NCBI GenBank assembly: GCA_045580065.1
Contig: JAZNNA010000020.1
Coordinates: forward strand, 1-43,053
Reading direction: 5' to 3'
Length of the DNA stretch: 43,053 nucleotides
DNA from: Eubacteriales bacterium
GTDB taxonomy: Bacteria; Bacillota; Clostridia; Oscillospirales; CAG-272
Made by a program: the position numbers and the translations under genes. Below, in pieces: positions 18,755 to 28,756 of the stretch. Under the pieces are notes generated by a model. That model had not been told where the DNA came from. It saw nothing but the letters and a program-made list of their open reading frames with translations, and ran no database searches. Every line of letters begins with the position of its first letter. The first letter of the stretch is position 1.

Positions 18755-19462
18755 TCAGATCTTGGTTATGCATGCAGTGATAAACTCACTAAACAACGCT
18801 TTGTTTTTCTCATCGCGCTCGCAAAGGCGCTCGGGATGCCATTGATAAGCGCGCAAATAGGTGTGTGCAGGGAAGTACATGGCCTCAACAATGCCGTCGG
18901 CAGCATATGCCATCGGCAAAAGCCCGTTCCCCAAGCGTTTGGCCGCCTGATGGTGAAAGCTGTTGGCAGGCATCTCCCCCTCGCCAACAAGGGCGGCAAG
19001 CGGGGTGTTTTCAAGCACGGTCACGCTGTGTGAATACTCCATTTTTTCCTCTACCTGTCGGTGAGCGATCTCGGTTTTATATTCCGAGGGAATATCCTGG
19101 TACAAGCTGCCGCCAAGCGCCACGTTGATCAGCTGTGCGCCGCGACAGATGCCTATGATGGGCTTTTGCGTTTTCACCGCAGCGCGAAATAGTGACAATT
19201 CAAACGTATCGCGGATATCCGTAACGGTTCCACAGGCCTCACTCACCTGCTCACCGTAATAATTGGGGTGGATATCACCACCGCCTGTAAAGCAAAAGCC
19301 ATCGCACAGCTCCACAAGATGCTTTTGCGTTTCCTCGCTTTCTGTATAAGGGATCACAAGCGGCACGCCGCCACCAAGCTCAATGGCTTTTGTATAGGTA
19401 TAAAAGGCGCTGATGGTTGCCTCATCATTCACAGCAACCGATAATCCGATCAAGGGCTTCAT
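18755..19462 (-). CDS. Peptidase C26 / gamma-glutamyl-gamma-aminobutyrate hydrolase family (class I GATase fold)
   Basis: TGGGDI, GICRGAQ, NSFHHQA, QWHPE. Confidence 0.92.
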   Translation of the reverse strand: MKPLIGLSVAVNDEATISAFYTYTKAIELGGGVPLVIPYTESEETQKHLVELCDGFCFTGGGDIHPNYYGEQVSEACGTVTDIRDTFELSLFRAAVKTQKPIIGICRGAQLINVALGGSLYQDIPSEYKTEIAHRQVEEKMEYSHSVTVLENTPLAALVGEGEMPANSFHHQAAKRLGNGLLPMAYAADGIVEAMYFPAHTYLRAYQWHPERLCERDEKNKALFSEFITACITKI

Positions 19463-20370
19463 TTCTTATTCTCCGTTTTCACTAAAACTTTTCGCTTGAA
19501 ATTGCCAAATACCTCGTTGACCTTTGTAAAGCTTGCAAAGCTGCCGGGATATTTTTTGAGGATCTTCATCATCTCACCGATCTGGCGCTTGTTGATAATG
19601 CAGACCAGCATGTATTTGTCGGTATCCGAATACATGCCGTGCACCTTCACCTCTGTCACGCCGTGGCGCAGCTGCGTCATCAGATCTGCCGCAAGCGCGT
19701 CGGGCTGATCGGTAACGATCTCAAATTTATAACCGTTTTTGATACCGGAAAGGCCGTGATCAACGATCACGTTGGCGATAAACAGGTTCATCAGCGTGCA
19801 GATCACGGGGGTGATACGCATGCCATACACAAAAAACGCCACAAAAACCACGCAGGCATCCATAATAAAGGAAACGTAAGCAATGTTCATTTCCGGCCTT
19901 GCTTTTTTCAGCAATGCGGAAATACCGTACGTGCCCCCGCTGGCGCCAAAGCGCCGCAGCATCAGCGAAAAGCCAAAGCCGGAGATCACGCCCGTGGCAA
20001 CACACGCAAACACGATATTAAAATCCGCCGCGTTATTGGCAAGGGAATATGCTTTAAAGCCAAGCAGCTCGTAAAGCTGGGGAATAAAGGATTGCACGCA
20101 CATATAAAGAATCAGCATACCGCCAAGCTTGCGGTCGATCATAGCCGTAACCAGCACAAATATCGGCAGGTTGAAGGCGACCATCAGAATTGACCAGCTG
20201 ATCTTATCGGATAGCAGATAGTGCGTAATGGTGGCAAGACCGCCCACGCCGCCCGGCGCAAAGCCGTTGCTGTTTTGAAAAAAGAAATACGCCGTGCCAA
20301 CGATCACGCCTGCGACAGTAGCGATCAAAAGATCCACCAAGATTGTTTTCGCTGTGTATTTTGTGTTCAT
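19459..20370 (-). CDS. YitT family membrane protein with C-terminal DUF2179-like domain
   Basis: APGGVGGLA, NLPIF, GASGGT, HGVT..GMYS, EVFGNF; start may be GTG 20385. Confidence 0.88.
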   Translation of the reverse strand: MNTKYTAKTILVDLLIATVAGVIVGTAYFFFQNSNGFAPGGVGGLATITHYLLSDKISWSILMVAFNLPIFVLVTAMIDRKLGGMLILYMCVQSFIPQLYELLGFKAYSLANNAADFNIVFACVATGVISGFGFSLMLRRFGASGGTYGISALLKKARPEMNIAYVSFIMDACVVFVAFFVYGMRITPVICTLMNLFIANVIVDHGLSGIKNGYKFEIVTDQPDALAADLMTQLRHGVTEVKVHGMYSDTDKYMLVCIINKRQIGEMMKILKKYPGSFASFTKVNEVFGNFKRKVLVKTENKK

Positions 20371-20400
20371 TTTTCTTGTATACACCTCAATAATTGTCCG

Positions 20401-21315
20401 TTACTCTCCGTAACGGTCGCGCAAAATATTCTTCATCACCTTAATGGCAAATTCCGCTTCCTCGCGCACAAAATTCTGCCCAAAATGCGTCAAGGTGATC
20501 TCCATATTATACACGCCGTCAAAGCCCACCTCGTCCAAGGCATCAAACACATCGTTCCAGTTGATGCTGCCCGTCATCGGGATCTTATGCTGGTCGGTCA
20601 GGGTGTTGTTGTCATTCAGATGCAACACACCCACGTGCTTGCCAAGGCGACGGATCACGTCACCGGCCGAGGGCTGATCAAAGCGCGTTGCTTTATGGCA
20701 ATGACCCGTATCCACGCAGGTCGTCATATATTTGCCGTTATCGCCCGCAGAGCAAATGCGCTCATAAGAGCGCACAAACTCATCCATCTTGCCAAAATAA
20801 TCGCAAACGCCGTATTTGGCGGCATCGCCAAAGGTTTCGGAGGCGATCTTCACGTTGTATTTTTTTGCATGCTCCAAAATGCGGCTGAACATATCAAAAT
20901 TCAGATCGTGCATCAGCTGATCCGGGGCATCCGGGCCTAAAAATATGGTGGTAACACTATGTACCACGCAAGCGCGGACGCCAAGAGCCGCCGCCGCAAT
21001 GCAATCGCGTCGTGCATTTTCGATCAGCGCATCGTCTTCTTCCTTGTTGTTTTTAAAGCCGGGAAGCCTGCCGTGTGTTTGCGCGATCTCGATCCCCAGC
21101 TCGTCTGCACGGCGGCGCAAGGCAGAGAAGTAAGAAAAGATCTCATCATCACTTTTTGCATAGACCGAGTCCGGCAAGCGATAGTCCCAGCGCCTTGCGC
21201 TACTGGTGTCAAGATCCACCGCATCCGCGCCGATCTCCTTGGCGATCTCCAGAGCGCGCATATCACCGTAGCGCCCCTGGAACGTACCGATCGATATCCC
21301 AACCTTACGTTTCAT
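20401..21315 (-). CDS. Sugar phosphate isomerase/epimerase (xylose isomerase-like TIM barrel)
   Basis: IASET, CVDTGH, LHLNDN..DQHKIP.GSINW, NME. Confidence 0.88.
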   Translation of the reverse strand: MKRKVGISIGTFQGRYGDMRALEIAKEIGADAVDLDTSSARRWDYRLPDSVYAKSDDEIFSYFSALRRRADELGIEIAQTHGRLPGFKNNKEEDDALIENARRDCIAAAALGVRACVVHSVTTIFLGPDAPDQLMHDLNFDMFSRILEHAKKYNVKIASETFGDAAKYGVCDYFGKMDEFVRSYERICSAGDNGKYMTTCVDTGHCHKATRFDQPSAGDVIRRLGKHVGVLHLNDNNTLTDQHKIPMTGSINWNDVFDALDEVGFDGVYNMEITLTHFGQNFVREEAEFAIKVMKNILRDRYGE

Positions 21316-21330
21316 TGCTTTTCTCCTTTT

Positions 21331-22050
21331 TTAAAACGCCTCGTTTACCGCAGCGATCACGATCCTTCTTTCCTCGTCACTTACCGTCTCGTCAAACCCA
21401 TCAAAGGTGTCAGCCGAGATATCCTTGCCCGTCAGCGCCTTGTAAAAGCAAAGGGACAGCAAATAACGTCCTGCACCGCGAGAGGCGTGAAAGGTGTCGC
21501 GGTGCGCCTTTGCAAGTCCCGCCTTTGTGGCCTTCATCATCGCCTTGCCGCAGGGGATCACGCCGTCAGCTGCAATCACCTCAGCCGCTTTTTTATAGGC
21601 CTTGCACAGGGCATCGTACATCTCGCCCGCCGTGTTCAACCCGGTTCTGTTTGGGATGCGCTCGCACCCCTCTTCATAAGCCCAGGTCTGATGGATATAT
21701 ACCTTTGCCTTGGGGCAGTACTTGCGTACGTAGGCGGCAAGCTCCTCGATATAAGGGGTATAAGTATCAAAATTCACACTGTACTGACTTGCCTGCTGCA
21801 GGGTGATCACGTCCCAGCTATCGCTGACAAGCGCCTGCCTGATCGATACCTTGATGCCGGTAGGCTCGCCATTGAACTCAAAATCATAAGCGGCAACGTC
21901 ATCAAGCATATTCAGATAGTGCTTTTGCAGCGAGCAGCCGCCAATATAAAGGTTAACTGCCTTGATATCCTCTCCGTTTTTCTTGGCCAGGGCGTGAAGA
22001 TATCTTTGCGCATCCTGCGAAAAGCTGTTTCCGATCGATAAAACCTTCAT
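21331..22050 (-). CDS. SGNH-like hydrolase (DUF4886 family)
   Basis: LSIGNSFS, LYIGGCSL..H, WDVITLQQAS, HQTWAY, RDxxH. Confidence 0.8.
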   Translation of the reverse strand: MKVLSIGNSFSQDAQRYLHALAKKNGEDIKAVNLYIGGCSLQKHYLNMLDDVAAYDFEFNGEPTGIKVSIRQALVSDSWDVITLQQASQYSVNFDTYTPYIEELAAYVRKYCPKAKVYIHQTWAYEEGCERIPNRTGLNTAGEMYDALCKAYKKAAEVIAADGVIPCGKAMMKATKAGLAKAHRDTFHASRGAGRYLLSLCFYKALTGKDISADTFDGFDETVSDEERRIVIAAVNEAF

Positions 22051-22061
22051 AGTATCTCTCC

Positions 22062-22496
22062 TTATTCTAAATCAAGCCTCATAGAAACGTGGGGAACACC
22101 CTCCTCTAAAAATTCGGGAGAGCAAACGACAAACCCAAGCTTCTCGTAAAACCCCTTTGCGTGCGATTGCGCGTGCATCGTAAAGCTTTTACAACCGTTT
22201 TTTTCCCCGATCACAGCAAGCGAGCGCTGCATCAGCTCCTTGCCATGTCCCACGCCGTGCGTGATCGAAAGCACCCTGCCGATCTGCATTGTACCGTCCC
22301 CGGTGGGGAAGGCGCGCAAATACGCCAGTATCCTGCCGTTTTCCTCTAAAAAGCAATGCAAGCTCTCATAATCAACGCGGTCAAGATCCTGGCAAACGAT
22401 GTGCTGCTCCAGCAAAAACACCTCGGCGCGCGAGCGCAGGATCTCGTAAAGCTCACGCGGTGTAAGCTCATCAAAATATTTAGCCTCAAATTTCAA
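22062..22496 (-). CDS. ElaA-like GNAT N-acetyltransferase
   Basis: FDELT..ELYEILR.R..VF..EQ, IGRV, HAQ, FYEKLGF, FLEEGVPH. Confidence 0.9.
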   Translation of the reverse strand: MKFEAKYFDELTPRELYEILRSRAEVFLLEQHIVCQDLDRVDYESLHCFLEENGRILAYLRAFPTGDGTMQIGRVLSITHGVGHGKELMQRSLAVIGEKNGCKSFTMHAQSHAKGFYEKLGFVVCSPEFLEEGVPHVSMRLDLE

Positions 22497-22511
22497 AGCA
22501 AGCTCTCACTT

Positions 22512-24140
22512 TCACCTATACTTGAAAAGATCGTCCTTCAGAGCATTGTAGATCGTCAGATAATCGTTTGTCAGCACGGTATCCACACCCATTTCAAGAT
22601 AGCGCCTTGCCTCGGCGGGATCGTCGGCATAAAACACATTGCAAAGAATGCCGTGCTCGTGCGCTTTTTTGATCGTTTCCTGATTGAAATACGGCTTGAA
22701 CAGCTGCACCTTATAAGCGCCAAGCGCTATGGCGCGGTCCACAATGGACATCGGGTCCTTGTCGCCGTTCCAGCCCACGCACACTCGCATATCCGGGGCG
22801 TATTCCATCACGCGGCGGATCAGGGTATCGCTTGAGGTCATAAAATACACGTGCTTTGCACAGTCATACCTGCGCACAAGCGCCACGATCTCCTCAACCA
22901 TAGGCTTTTCCACCTTAGAGCTCCAGATCTTGACGTGAACGTTCATGATCACGCGCCCCGCAAATTTCTGCAGGATCTGTTCAAAGGTGGGGATCTTCAA
23001 TCCCTTGAATTTTTCGCCGTGCTTTGCACCAAAATCAAGCTGCAAAAGCTCCTCGTAGGTATGCTCGCAGATCCTGCCGGTGCCGTTGCTGACGCGATCC
23101 AGCGTTTCATCGTGGCAGGAGACAAGCACTCCGTCCTTGGTGGACCACAGGTCAAACTCGATCTCCGGGGCGCCAAGCGCCACGGCTGCGCCAAAGGCGG
23201 GCATGCTATTTTCCGGCGCCACGGTATTAAAGCCGCGATGCGCACAGATGCGCGGGTATTTCATCACGTCCTCAAAGGGAACAACCGAGGCACCGCCGTT
23301 GCGGTAAAGCCAGGGCCTGCGCCCTTCTTCAATATATTCATAATGAGATTTGGGCTTTCCAAGGTGTCCTGCGGGCTTGTAATACTTGGCCTTGGGATCT
23401 ATCTCGCAAATGCCAAGCCCCACACGGCTTTTCATATTCAAAAGCTCCTCGCCCCAAGGGGTAACCACCATGCTGCAGCCGCAAAGCCCGGACCCCTCAC
23501 CAAGCGACACGGAGGCGCGGATCAGATAGGCGTTTGTGTTGTAGCAAAGAAATTTGTTGATGATAGAAAGTGCCTTGTGCGTATCGGTGCGCTGCAGCGA
23601 GCAGCCGATGATAATATCCACGTTTTCACGGGCGATCCGCGCAAAATTTTCGTAAAAATAGAAATCGTAGCAGGTCAGAAAAGCAAAACGCAGTCCCTCA
23701 AGCTCTAAAACGTAAGGAGCATCGATCTCATAGCTGTAATCAACGTCAAGCTCGTGCCCGCCCTTGTCATCGGTCTTTACCTCGCTGGGGGCAGGATGTG
23801 CCTTAAAATAACGGCCCACGATATTACCATCTCTGTCAAACGCGTGCGTTGTGTTGCGGATGCCGTTTTCTGTTTGATAGCCGGCGTTTACAAAAACAAG
23901 CGCGTGGCAGCGTCTGGCCGTTTCGGCAGCCCTTTGCAAGAGCAGGGAATTGTATTTTTCAACAGCATCGTAAAACCCTTGCTTGCCCTTCACGTCAGCT
24001 AATGCATCACTGTATTCGGGCAGCAGGATCAGATCCATACTGTCATCGCACTCCTCAAGCAGTGAAAGAACGCCCGCAAAGCACTCGTCTACGTCCTTTT
24101 CATCAAAGGAATAGTTGGGTTGAATGACACAAACCTTCAT
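22512..24140 (-). CDS. Fusion: carbon-nitrogen hydrolase (nitrilase superfamily) + glycerophosphodiester phosphodiesterase
   Basis: N-half LPEY / YFKAH / TCYDF (E-K-C triad); C-half CAHRG..APENS, EIEFD, SCHD..LDR, GVDTVLTND. Confidence 0.88.
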   Translation of the reverse strand: MKVCVIQPNYSFDEKDVDECFAGVLSLLEECDDSMDLILLPEYSDALADVKGKQGFYDAVEKYNSLLLQRAAETARRCHALVFVNAGYQTENGIRNTTHAFDRDGNIVGRYFKAHPAPSEVKTDDKGGHELDVDYSYEIDAPYVLELEGLRFAFLTCYDFYFYENFARIARENVDIIIGCSLQRTDTHKALSIINKFLCYNTNAYLIRASVSLGEGSGLCGCSMVVTPWGEELLNMKSRVGLGICEIDPKAKYYKPAGHLGKPKSHYEYIEEGRRPWLYRNGGASVVPFEDVMKYPRICAHRGFNTVAPENSMPAFGAAVALGAPEIEFDLWSTKDGVLVSCHDETLDRVSNGTGRICEHTYEELLQLDFGAKHGEKFKGLKIPTFEQILQKFAGRVIMNVHVKIWSSKVEKPMVEEIVALVRRYDCAKHVYFMTSSDTLIRRVMEYAPDMRVCVGWNGDKDPMSIVDRAIALGAYKVQLFKPYFNQETIKKAHEHGILCNVFYADDPAEARRYLEMGVDTVLTNDYLTIYNALKDDLFKYR

Positions 24141-24165
24141 TTATAAGCTCCTTAATAAATGCTAC

Positions 24166-25203
24166 TCAGCAGATCACACCGCCACCATACAGATACTCGC
24201 CCTCGTAAAGCACAAGCGACTGTCCGGGGGAGATCGCGCGCTGCGGCTCGTCAAATTCCACAGTCAGCTCGTCAGCTCCCGTTTGCTCCACGCGTGCTGC
24301 AGTCATTTTTTGCGAATACCGCACCTTTGCCAGCAGCTTGCGCGGCGAGGCAAGAAGCTCCTCCGGGATCAGGTTGATATTTCTTGCCACAAGGCGCGTG
24401 GTAAACAGATCCTCGTTTTTCCCCAATGTAACCGTATTTTCCGCAGCGGATTTCGACACAACGTAAGCCGGCTCACCAAGAGCGATACCAAGCCCCTTGC
24501 GCTGCCCGATGGTATAGTGCAGCTGCCCTTTGTGCATACCAAGCGCCTTGCCGTCAAGCGACAAAAATTGCCCGGGAACGCCCCGGATCTCGCTATGCCT
24601 TTCGATAAAAGCGGCGTAATCACCGTCGGGAATAAAGCAAATATCCTGGCTATCCGCCTTTTGCGCCACCGCAAATCCAAGCGATGCCGCAAGCTCGCGC
24701 ACCTGCACCTTGGTCAGCTCCCCCAAGGGGAATTCCACGTGGGAAAGCACCTCTTGCGAGAGCGAGTAGAGCATATAGGTCTGGTCCTTGCTCTCATCCA
24801 CAGCGCGGCGCACAAGCATCCGCCCCGCGGGGGGTTTTTCAATGCGGGCATAATGCCCGGTGGCGATATGCGAATATCCCTTTTCCAAAACAAAATCAAG
24901 CAGCGCGCCAAATTTGATCCTCTTATTGCAGATCACACACGGATTGGGGGTGCGGCCGGCCGCATATTCTGCCATAAACGGGCAAACGACCTCGCGCCAA
25001 AAAGCATCCTGTAGATCTGCAACAAAATGCGGGATATTCATTTTTTGGCAAAGCGCCGCCGCCTCGGCAACGTCCCTCTCGCCACATTCTGCAAAATGCC
25101 GCATCGTCACGCCTGCAGCAGGGGAGTTGCCTTCCTTTATCAGATGGGCGGCGACCGCGCTGTCCACGCCGCCGCTCATTGCGATCATCACCGATTTACT
25201 CAT
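24166..25203 (-). CDS. mnmA: tRNA 2-thiouridine(34) synthase
   Basis: MSGGVDS, TPNPCVICN, ATGHYA, KDQTY, DSQDICF, YTIGQRKGL, SPGQ; ATG 25203. Confidence 0.96.
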   Translation of the reverse strand: MSKSVMIAMSGGVDSAVAAHLIKEGNSPAAGVTMRHFAECGERDVAEAAALCQKMNIPHFVADLQDAFWREVVCPFMAEYAAGRTPNPCVICNKRIKFGALLDFVLEKGYSHIATGHYARIEKPPAGRMLVRRAVDESKDQTYMLYSLSQEVLSHVEFPLGELTKVQVRELAASLGFAVAQKADSQDICFIPDGDYAAFIERHSEIRGVPGQFLSLDGKALGMHKGQLHYTIGQRKGLGIALGEPAYVVSKSAAENTVTLGKNEDLFTTRLVARNINLIPEELLASPRKLLAKVRYSQKMTAARVEQTGADELTVEFDEPQRAISPGQSLVLYEGEYLYGGGVIC

Positions 25204-25708
25204 GCGCACAGCTCCAATCAAAGCGCGTCAGCGCTCCCACTTCCTGCAGATCTGCAAAATCACGCTGACGTAAGATTTCATAGACCGCAACGGCAACCGA
25301 ATTCGAAAGATTCAGGCTACGCAGTCCCTCTCGCATCGGGATGCGCACCGCGTGGTCGGGGTGAGCGAACAGCACCTCCTCGGGTAGTCCCGCACTCTCC
25401 TTACCAAACATGATAAACACCTCGTCGGGGTAGGGGATCTCGGTATAAGCACGCGGTGCCTTGGTGGTAAAGTAATATACGGTAGCCCCCTCGTGCTTTT
25501 GGTAAAAATCCTGCAGATCGTCGTAATACGTGATATCCAGCTTGTCCCAATAGTCAAGCCCCGCGCGCTTTAATTTTTTGTCGTCCACCTCAAAGCCCAT
25601 CGGGCGGATAAGATGCAGCGAAGCGCCCGTTGCGGCACAGGTGCGCGCAATATTTCCGGTATTTTGCGGAATTTCCGGCTGATGCAATACAATATGGATC
25701 TTGGACAC
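25196..25708 (-). CDS. trmL: tRNA (cytidine/uridine(34)-2'-O)-methyltransferase
   Basis: PEIPQNTGNIARTC, RAGLDYW, FGKESAGLP, RSLNLSN. Confidence 0.94.
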   Translation of the reverse strand: MSKIHIVLHQPEIPQNTGNIARTCAATGASLHLIRPMGFEVDDKKLKRAGLDYWDKLDITYYDDLQDFYQKHEGATVYYFTTKAPRAYTEIPYPDEVFIMFGKESAGLPEEVLFAHPDHAVRIPMREGLRSLNLSNSVAVAVYEILRQRDFADLQEVGALTRFDWSCAHE

Positions 25709-25744
25709 GGCTAAAGCTCACTTTCTGTTTTCTTTTACACTCAC

Positions 25745-25773
25745 ATTATAGCGCATTTTTCGCGGATGTTCAA
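25745..25773 (-). promoter_or_regulatory. sigma-A promoter for trmL-mnmA and probably the downstream cluster
   Basis: Minus strand TTGAAC-17 bp-TATAAT. Confidence 0.7.
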
Positions 25774-25983
25774 GAGCAAAGAAAATTATTTGCAAATTTT
25801 TTCTCAAAGGTATGGTAATTTTATATTTAATGTTGTATAATGTTATATTATATCACGTGCAGAAGGCGCAAAAGCCGCCTTCTCACTACCATTATACTTT
25901 TTTCAGCATATTTGTAAAGAATTGCTTTTGATATGCCTGCCATACTGCAAAAAATATGCTTGAAATTTATTTCGGAGGCCAAA

Positions 25984-28731
25984 ATGGGACTTTTTAAAAA
26001 GATGTTCGGCACCTATAGCGACCGTCAGATCAAAAAGCTGCGCCGCGTAGCAGATCAGATCGAGGCGCTGGCACCCAAATATGCCGCAATGACCAACGAG
26101 GAGCTGGCAAACACCACCGTGTTACTGAAAGAACGCCTTGCAAACGGCGAAACGCTTGAGGACATCCTTTGCGACGCCTTTGCTGCCGTGCGAGAGGCAG
26201 ATGACCGCGTGCTTGGCAAGCGCCCCTTTTACGTACAGCTGCTGGGCGGCATCATTTTGCACCAGGGCCGCATTGCGGAAATGAAAACGGGTGAGGGTAA
26301 AACTCTTGTGGCAACCATGCCCGCATACCTCAACGCGCTTACCGGCAACGGCGTGCACGTGGTGACCGTCAACGATTATCTTGCCCGTCGCGACAGCGAG
26401 GAGATGGGCAGAGTTTACTCCTTTATGGGGCTTTCCACCGGCATTGTGGTGCACGGCCTTACCCCCGAGGAGAAAAAAGAGGCCTACAACGCCGATATCA
26501 CCTACGGCACAAACAACGAGTTTGGCTTTGACTACCTGCGCGACAATATGGTGGTCTACAAAAAGGATATGGTACAGCGCGGACACGCCTTTGCCATCGT
26601 GGACGAGGTAGACTCGATCCTGATCGATGAGGCGCGCACGCCCCTGATCATTTCCGGCGCAGGCCAGAAATCCACCGACCTTTACGAGCGCGCCAATGCA
26701 CTTGTACGCAACATGAAAAAGCTTGTGCGCAAGGAAGTGGATAACAAAGAAGAAACCGACGACCTTGACGCGGATTATCTGGTGGACGAAAAGGGGAGAA
26801 ACGCCATTCTGACCCCCCGCGGCGCCAAGCGCGCTGAGGAATTTTTCGGCATCGACAACCTCAACGACCCCGAAAATGCAGATCTTGCCCATCACGTAAA
26901 GCAAGCAATTCACGCCTGGGGCGTAATGAAATGCGACGTTGACTACGTCGTCAACGAAAACGGCGTGATGATCGTAGACTCCTTTACCGGCCGTATCATG
27001 CCCGGCCGCCGTTACTCCAACGGCCTGCACCAGGCGATCGAGGCCAAGGAAGGCGTTGAGGTGCAAAAGGAAAACCGCACGCTGGCTACCATCACCTTCC
27101 AGAACTATTTCCGTATGTATAAAAAGCTCTCCGGTATGACGGGCACCGCCCTCACCGAGGAGATGGAATTCCGTGAGATCTATTCGCTTGACGTGGTAGA
27201 GGTCCCCACCAACAAGCCGATGATCCGCATTGACCAGAACGACCTTGTTTACAAAAACCTCAAGGGGAAATACGATGCCATCATCGCCCAGATCGAGGAG
27301 TGCCACAAAAAGGGCCAGCCCGTGCTTGTGGGCACCGTCAGCGTGGATAAATCCGAGGAGCTTTCAGCAAAGCTGAAAAAGCACGGTATTCCGCACAATG
27401 TCCTGAACGCCAAGCATCACGAGCGCGAGGCGGAGATCGTGGCACAGGCAGGCAAATACGGCGCTGTGACCATATCCACCAACATGGCAGGCCGTGGTAC
27501 CGATATTATGCTTGGCGGCAACTCGGAATTCATGGCCAAAAACGAAATGCGCAAGCAGGGCTATGCCGAGGAAATGATCGCCGTAGCCACCGGCACCGTG
27601 GATATCGACGACGAGGAGATCCGCGCCGCACGCGAGGTATTCCAGAAGCTGAACAAGCATTTCAAGGAGATCATCGAGCCGGAGGCCGAAAAGGTGCGCG
27701 AGGCAGGCGGCCTTTATATCCTTGGCACCGAGCGCCACGAAAGCCGCCGTATCGACAACCAGCTGCGCGGCCGCTCCGGCCGTCAGGGTGACCCCGGCGA
27801 ATCCCGCTTCTTCCTTTCTCTTGAGGATGATCTGCTGCGCTTGTTCGGCGCCGGCAGACTGCAGGGAATGGTAGAGCGTATGGGCCTTCCCGAGGACGAG
27901 CCGATCAAGGCAGGCATCCTTTCCTCCGCGATCGAAAATGCGCAAAAGCATATCGAGGATAAAAACTTCAAGCGCCGCAAATACGTGCTGACCTACGACG
28001 ACGTGATGAACCAGCAGCGCAACCTGATCTATGATCAGCGCCGCCAGGTGCTGGACGGCGAGGACGTCAGCGAAACCGTAAAGGCCATGATGCGCACCTC
28101 GTTTGAAGAAACCGTTGCCGCTTACACGCTGGGCGACGGCGTGCAGGATTGGAATCTTGATGCTCTTGAGGACAGATACGAGGGGATCCTGCTTGAAAAG
28201 GGCGAGCTTACCCCCGAGGCAATCAAGGAAAACAAGTGGAAACCCGATGATCTTGTCGAGCTTTTGTGCGAGCGCGCAGAAAAGCGCTACGAGGAGAAAA
28301 AACAACTGTTTGGCGAGGAAACCTATGCCGAGGTACAGCGCTCGGTGCTTTTGCGCTCGGTAGACAGCCACTGGATGGATCACATCGATATGATGGACGA
28401 CCTGAAGGAAAGCATCGGCCTTCAGGCCTATGCCCAGCGTGACCCCGTAAACGAGTACCGTCTGCAGGGCGCTGAGATGTTTGACGTGATGGTTGCGGAT
28501 ATCCGTAACGAAACCGTGCGCATGATGCTTTCCGTCGTGCCGCGCAATCAGCCTGTGCAGCGCGTACAGGTGGCGCAGCCCCTGAGAGAAAACCTGAGCG
28601 ACAGCGCACAAAGCAAAAAGACTGTGGTCGTGCGCAAGGCCGAGCGCGTGGGGCGCAACGATCTTTGCCCCTGCGGCAGCGGCAAAAAATATAAAAAGTG
28701 CTGCGGCGCAAGCTCTCAAAATGCAAATTAA
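25984..28731 (+). CDS. secA: Preprotein translocase ATPase SecA
   Basis: EMKTGEGKT, VDEVDSILIDEARTPLIISG, STNMAGRGTDI, C-terminal CPCGSGKKYKKCCG; ATG 25984 after GGAGG. Confidence 0.98.
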   Translation: MGLFKKMFGTYSDRQIKKLRRVADQIEALAPKYAAMTNEELANTTVLLKERLANGETLEDILCDAFAAVREADDRVLGKRPFYVQLLGGIILHQGRIAEMKTGEGKTLVATMPAYLNALTGNGVHVVTVNDYLARRDSEEMGRVYSFMGLSTGIVVHGLTPEEKKEAYNADITYGTNNEFGFDYLRDNMVVYKKDMVQRGHAFAIVDEVDSILIDEARTPLIISGAGQKSTDLYERANALVRNMKKLVRKEVDNKEETDDLDADYLVDEKGRNAILTPRGAKRAEEFFGIDNLNDPENADLAHHVKQAIHAWGVMKCDVDYVVNENGVMIVDSFTGRIMPGRRYSNGLHQAIEAKEGVEVQKENRTLATITFQNYFRMYKKLSGMTGTALTEEMEFREIYSLDVVEVPTNKPMIRIDQNDLVYKNLKGKYDAIIAQIEECHKKGQPVLVGTVSVDKSEELSAKLKKHGIPHNVLNAKHHEREAEIVAQAGKYGAVTISTNMAGRGTDIMLGGNSEFMAKNEMRKQGYAEEMIAVATGTVDIDDEEIRAAREVFQKLNKHFKEIIEPEAEKVREAGGLYILGTERHESRRIDNQLRGRSGRQGDPGESRFFLSLEDDLLRLFGAGRLQGMVERMGLPEDEPIKAGILSSAIENAQKHIEDKNFKRRKYVLTYDDVMNQQRNLIYDQRRQVLDGEDVSETVKAMMRTSFEETVAAYTLGDGVQDWNLDALEDRYEGILLEKGELTPEAIKENKWKPDDLVELLCERAEKRYEEKKQLFGEETYAEVQRSVLLRSVDSHWMDHIDMMDDLKESIGLQAYAQRDPVNEYRLQGAEMFDVMVADIRNETVRMMLSVVPRNQPVQRVQVAQPLRENLSDSAQSKKTVVVRKAERVGRNDLCPCGSGKKYKKCCGASSQNAN

Positions 28732-28756
28732 AAACCAAGCAAGGGAGGGGAATTGA

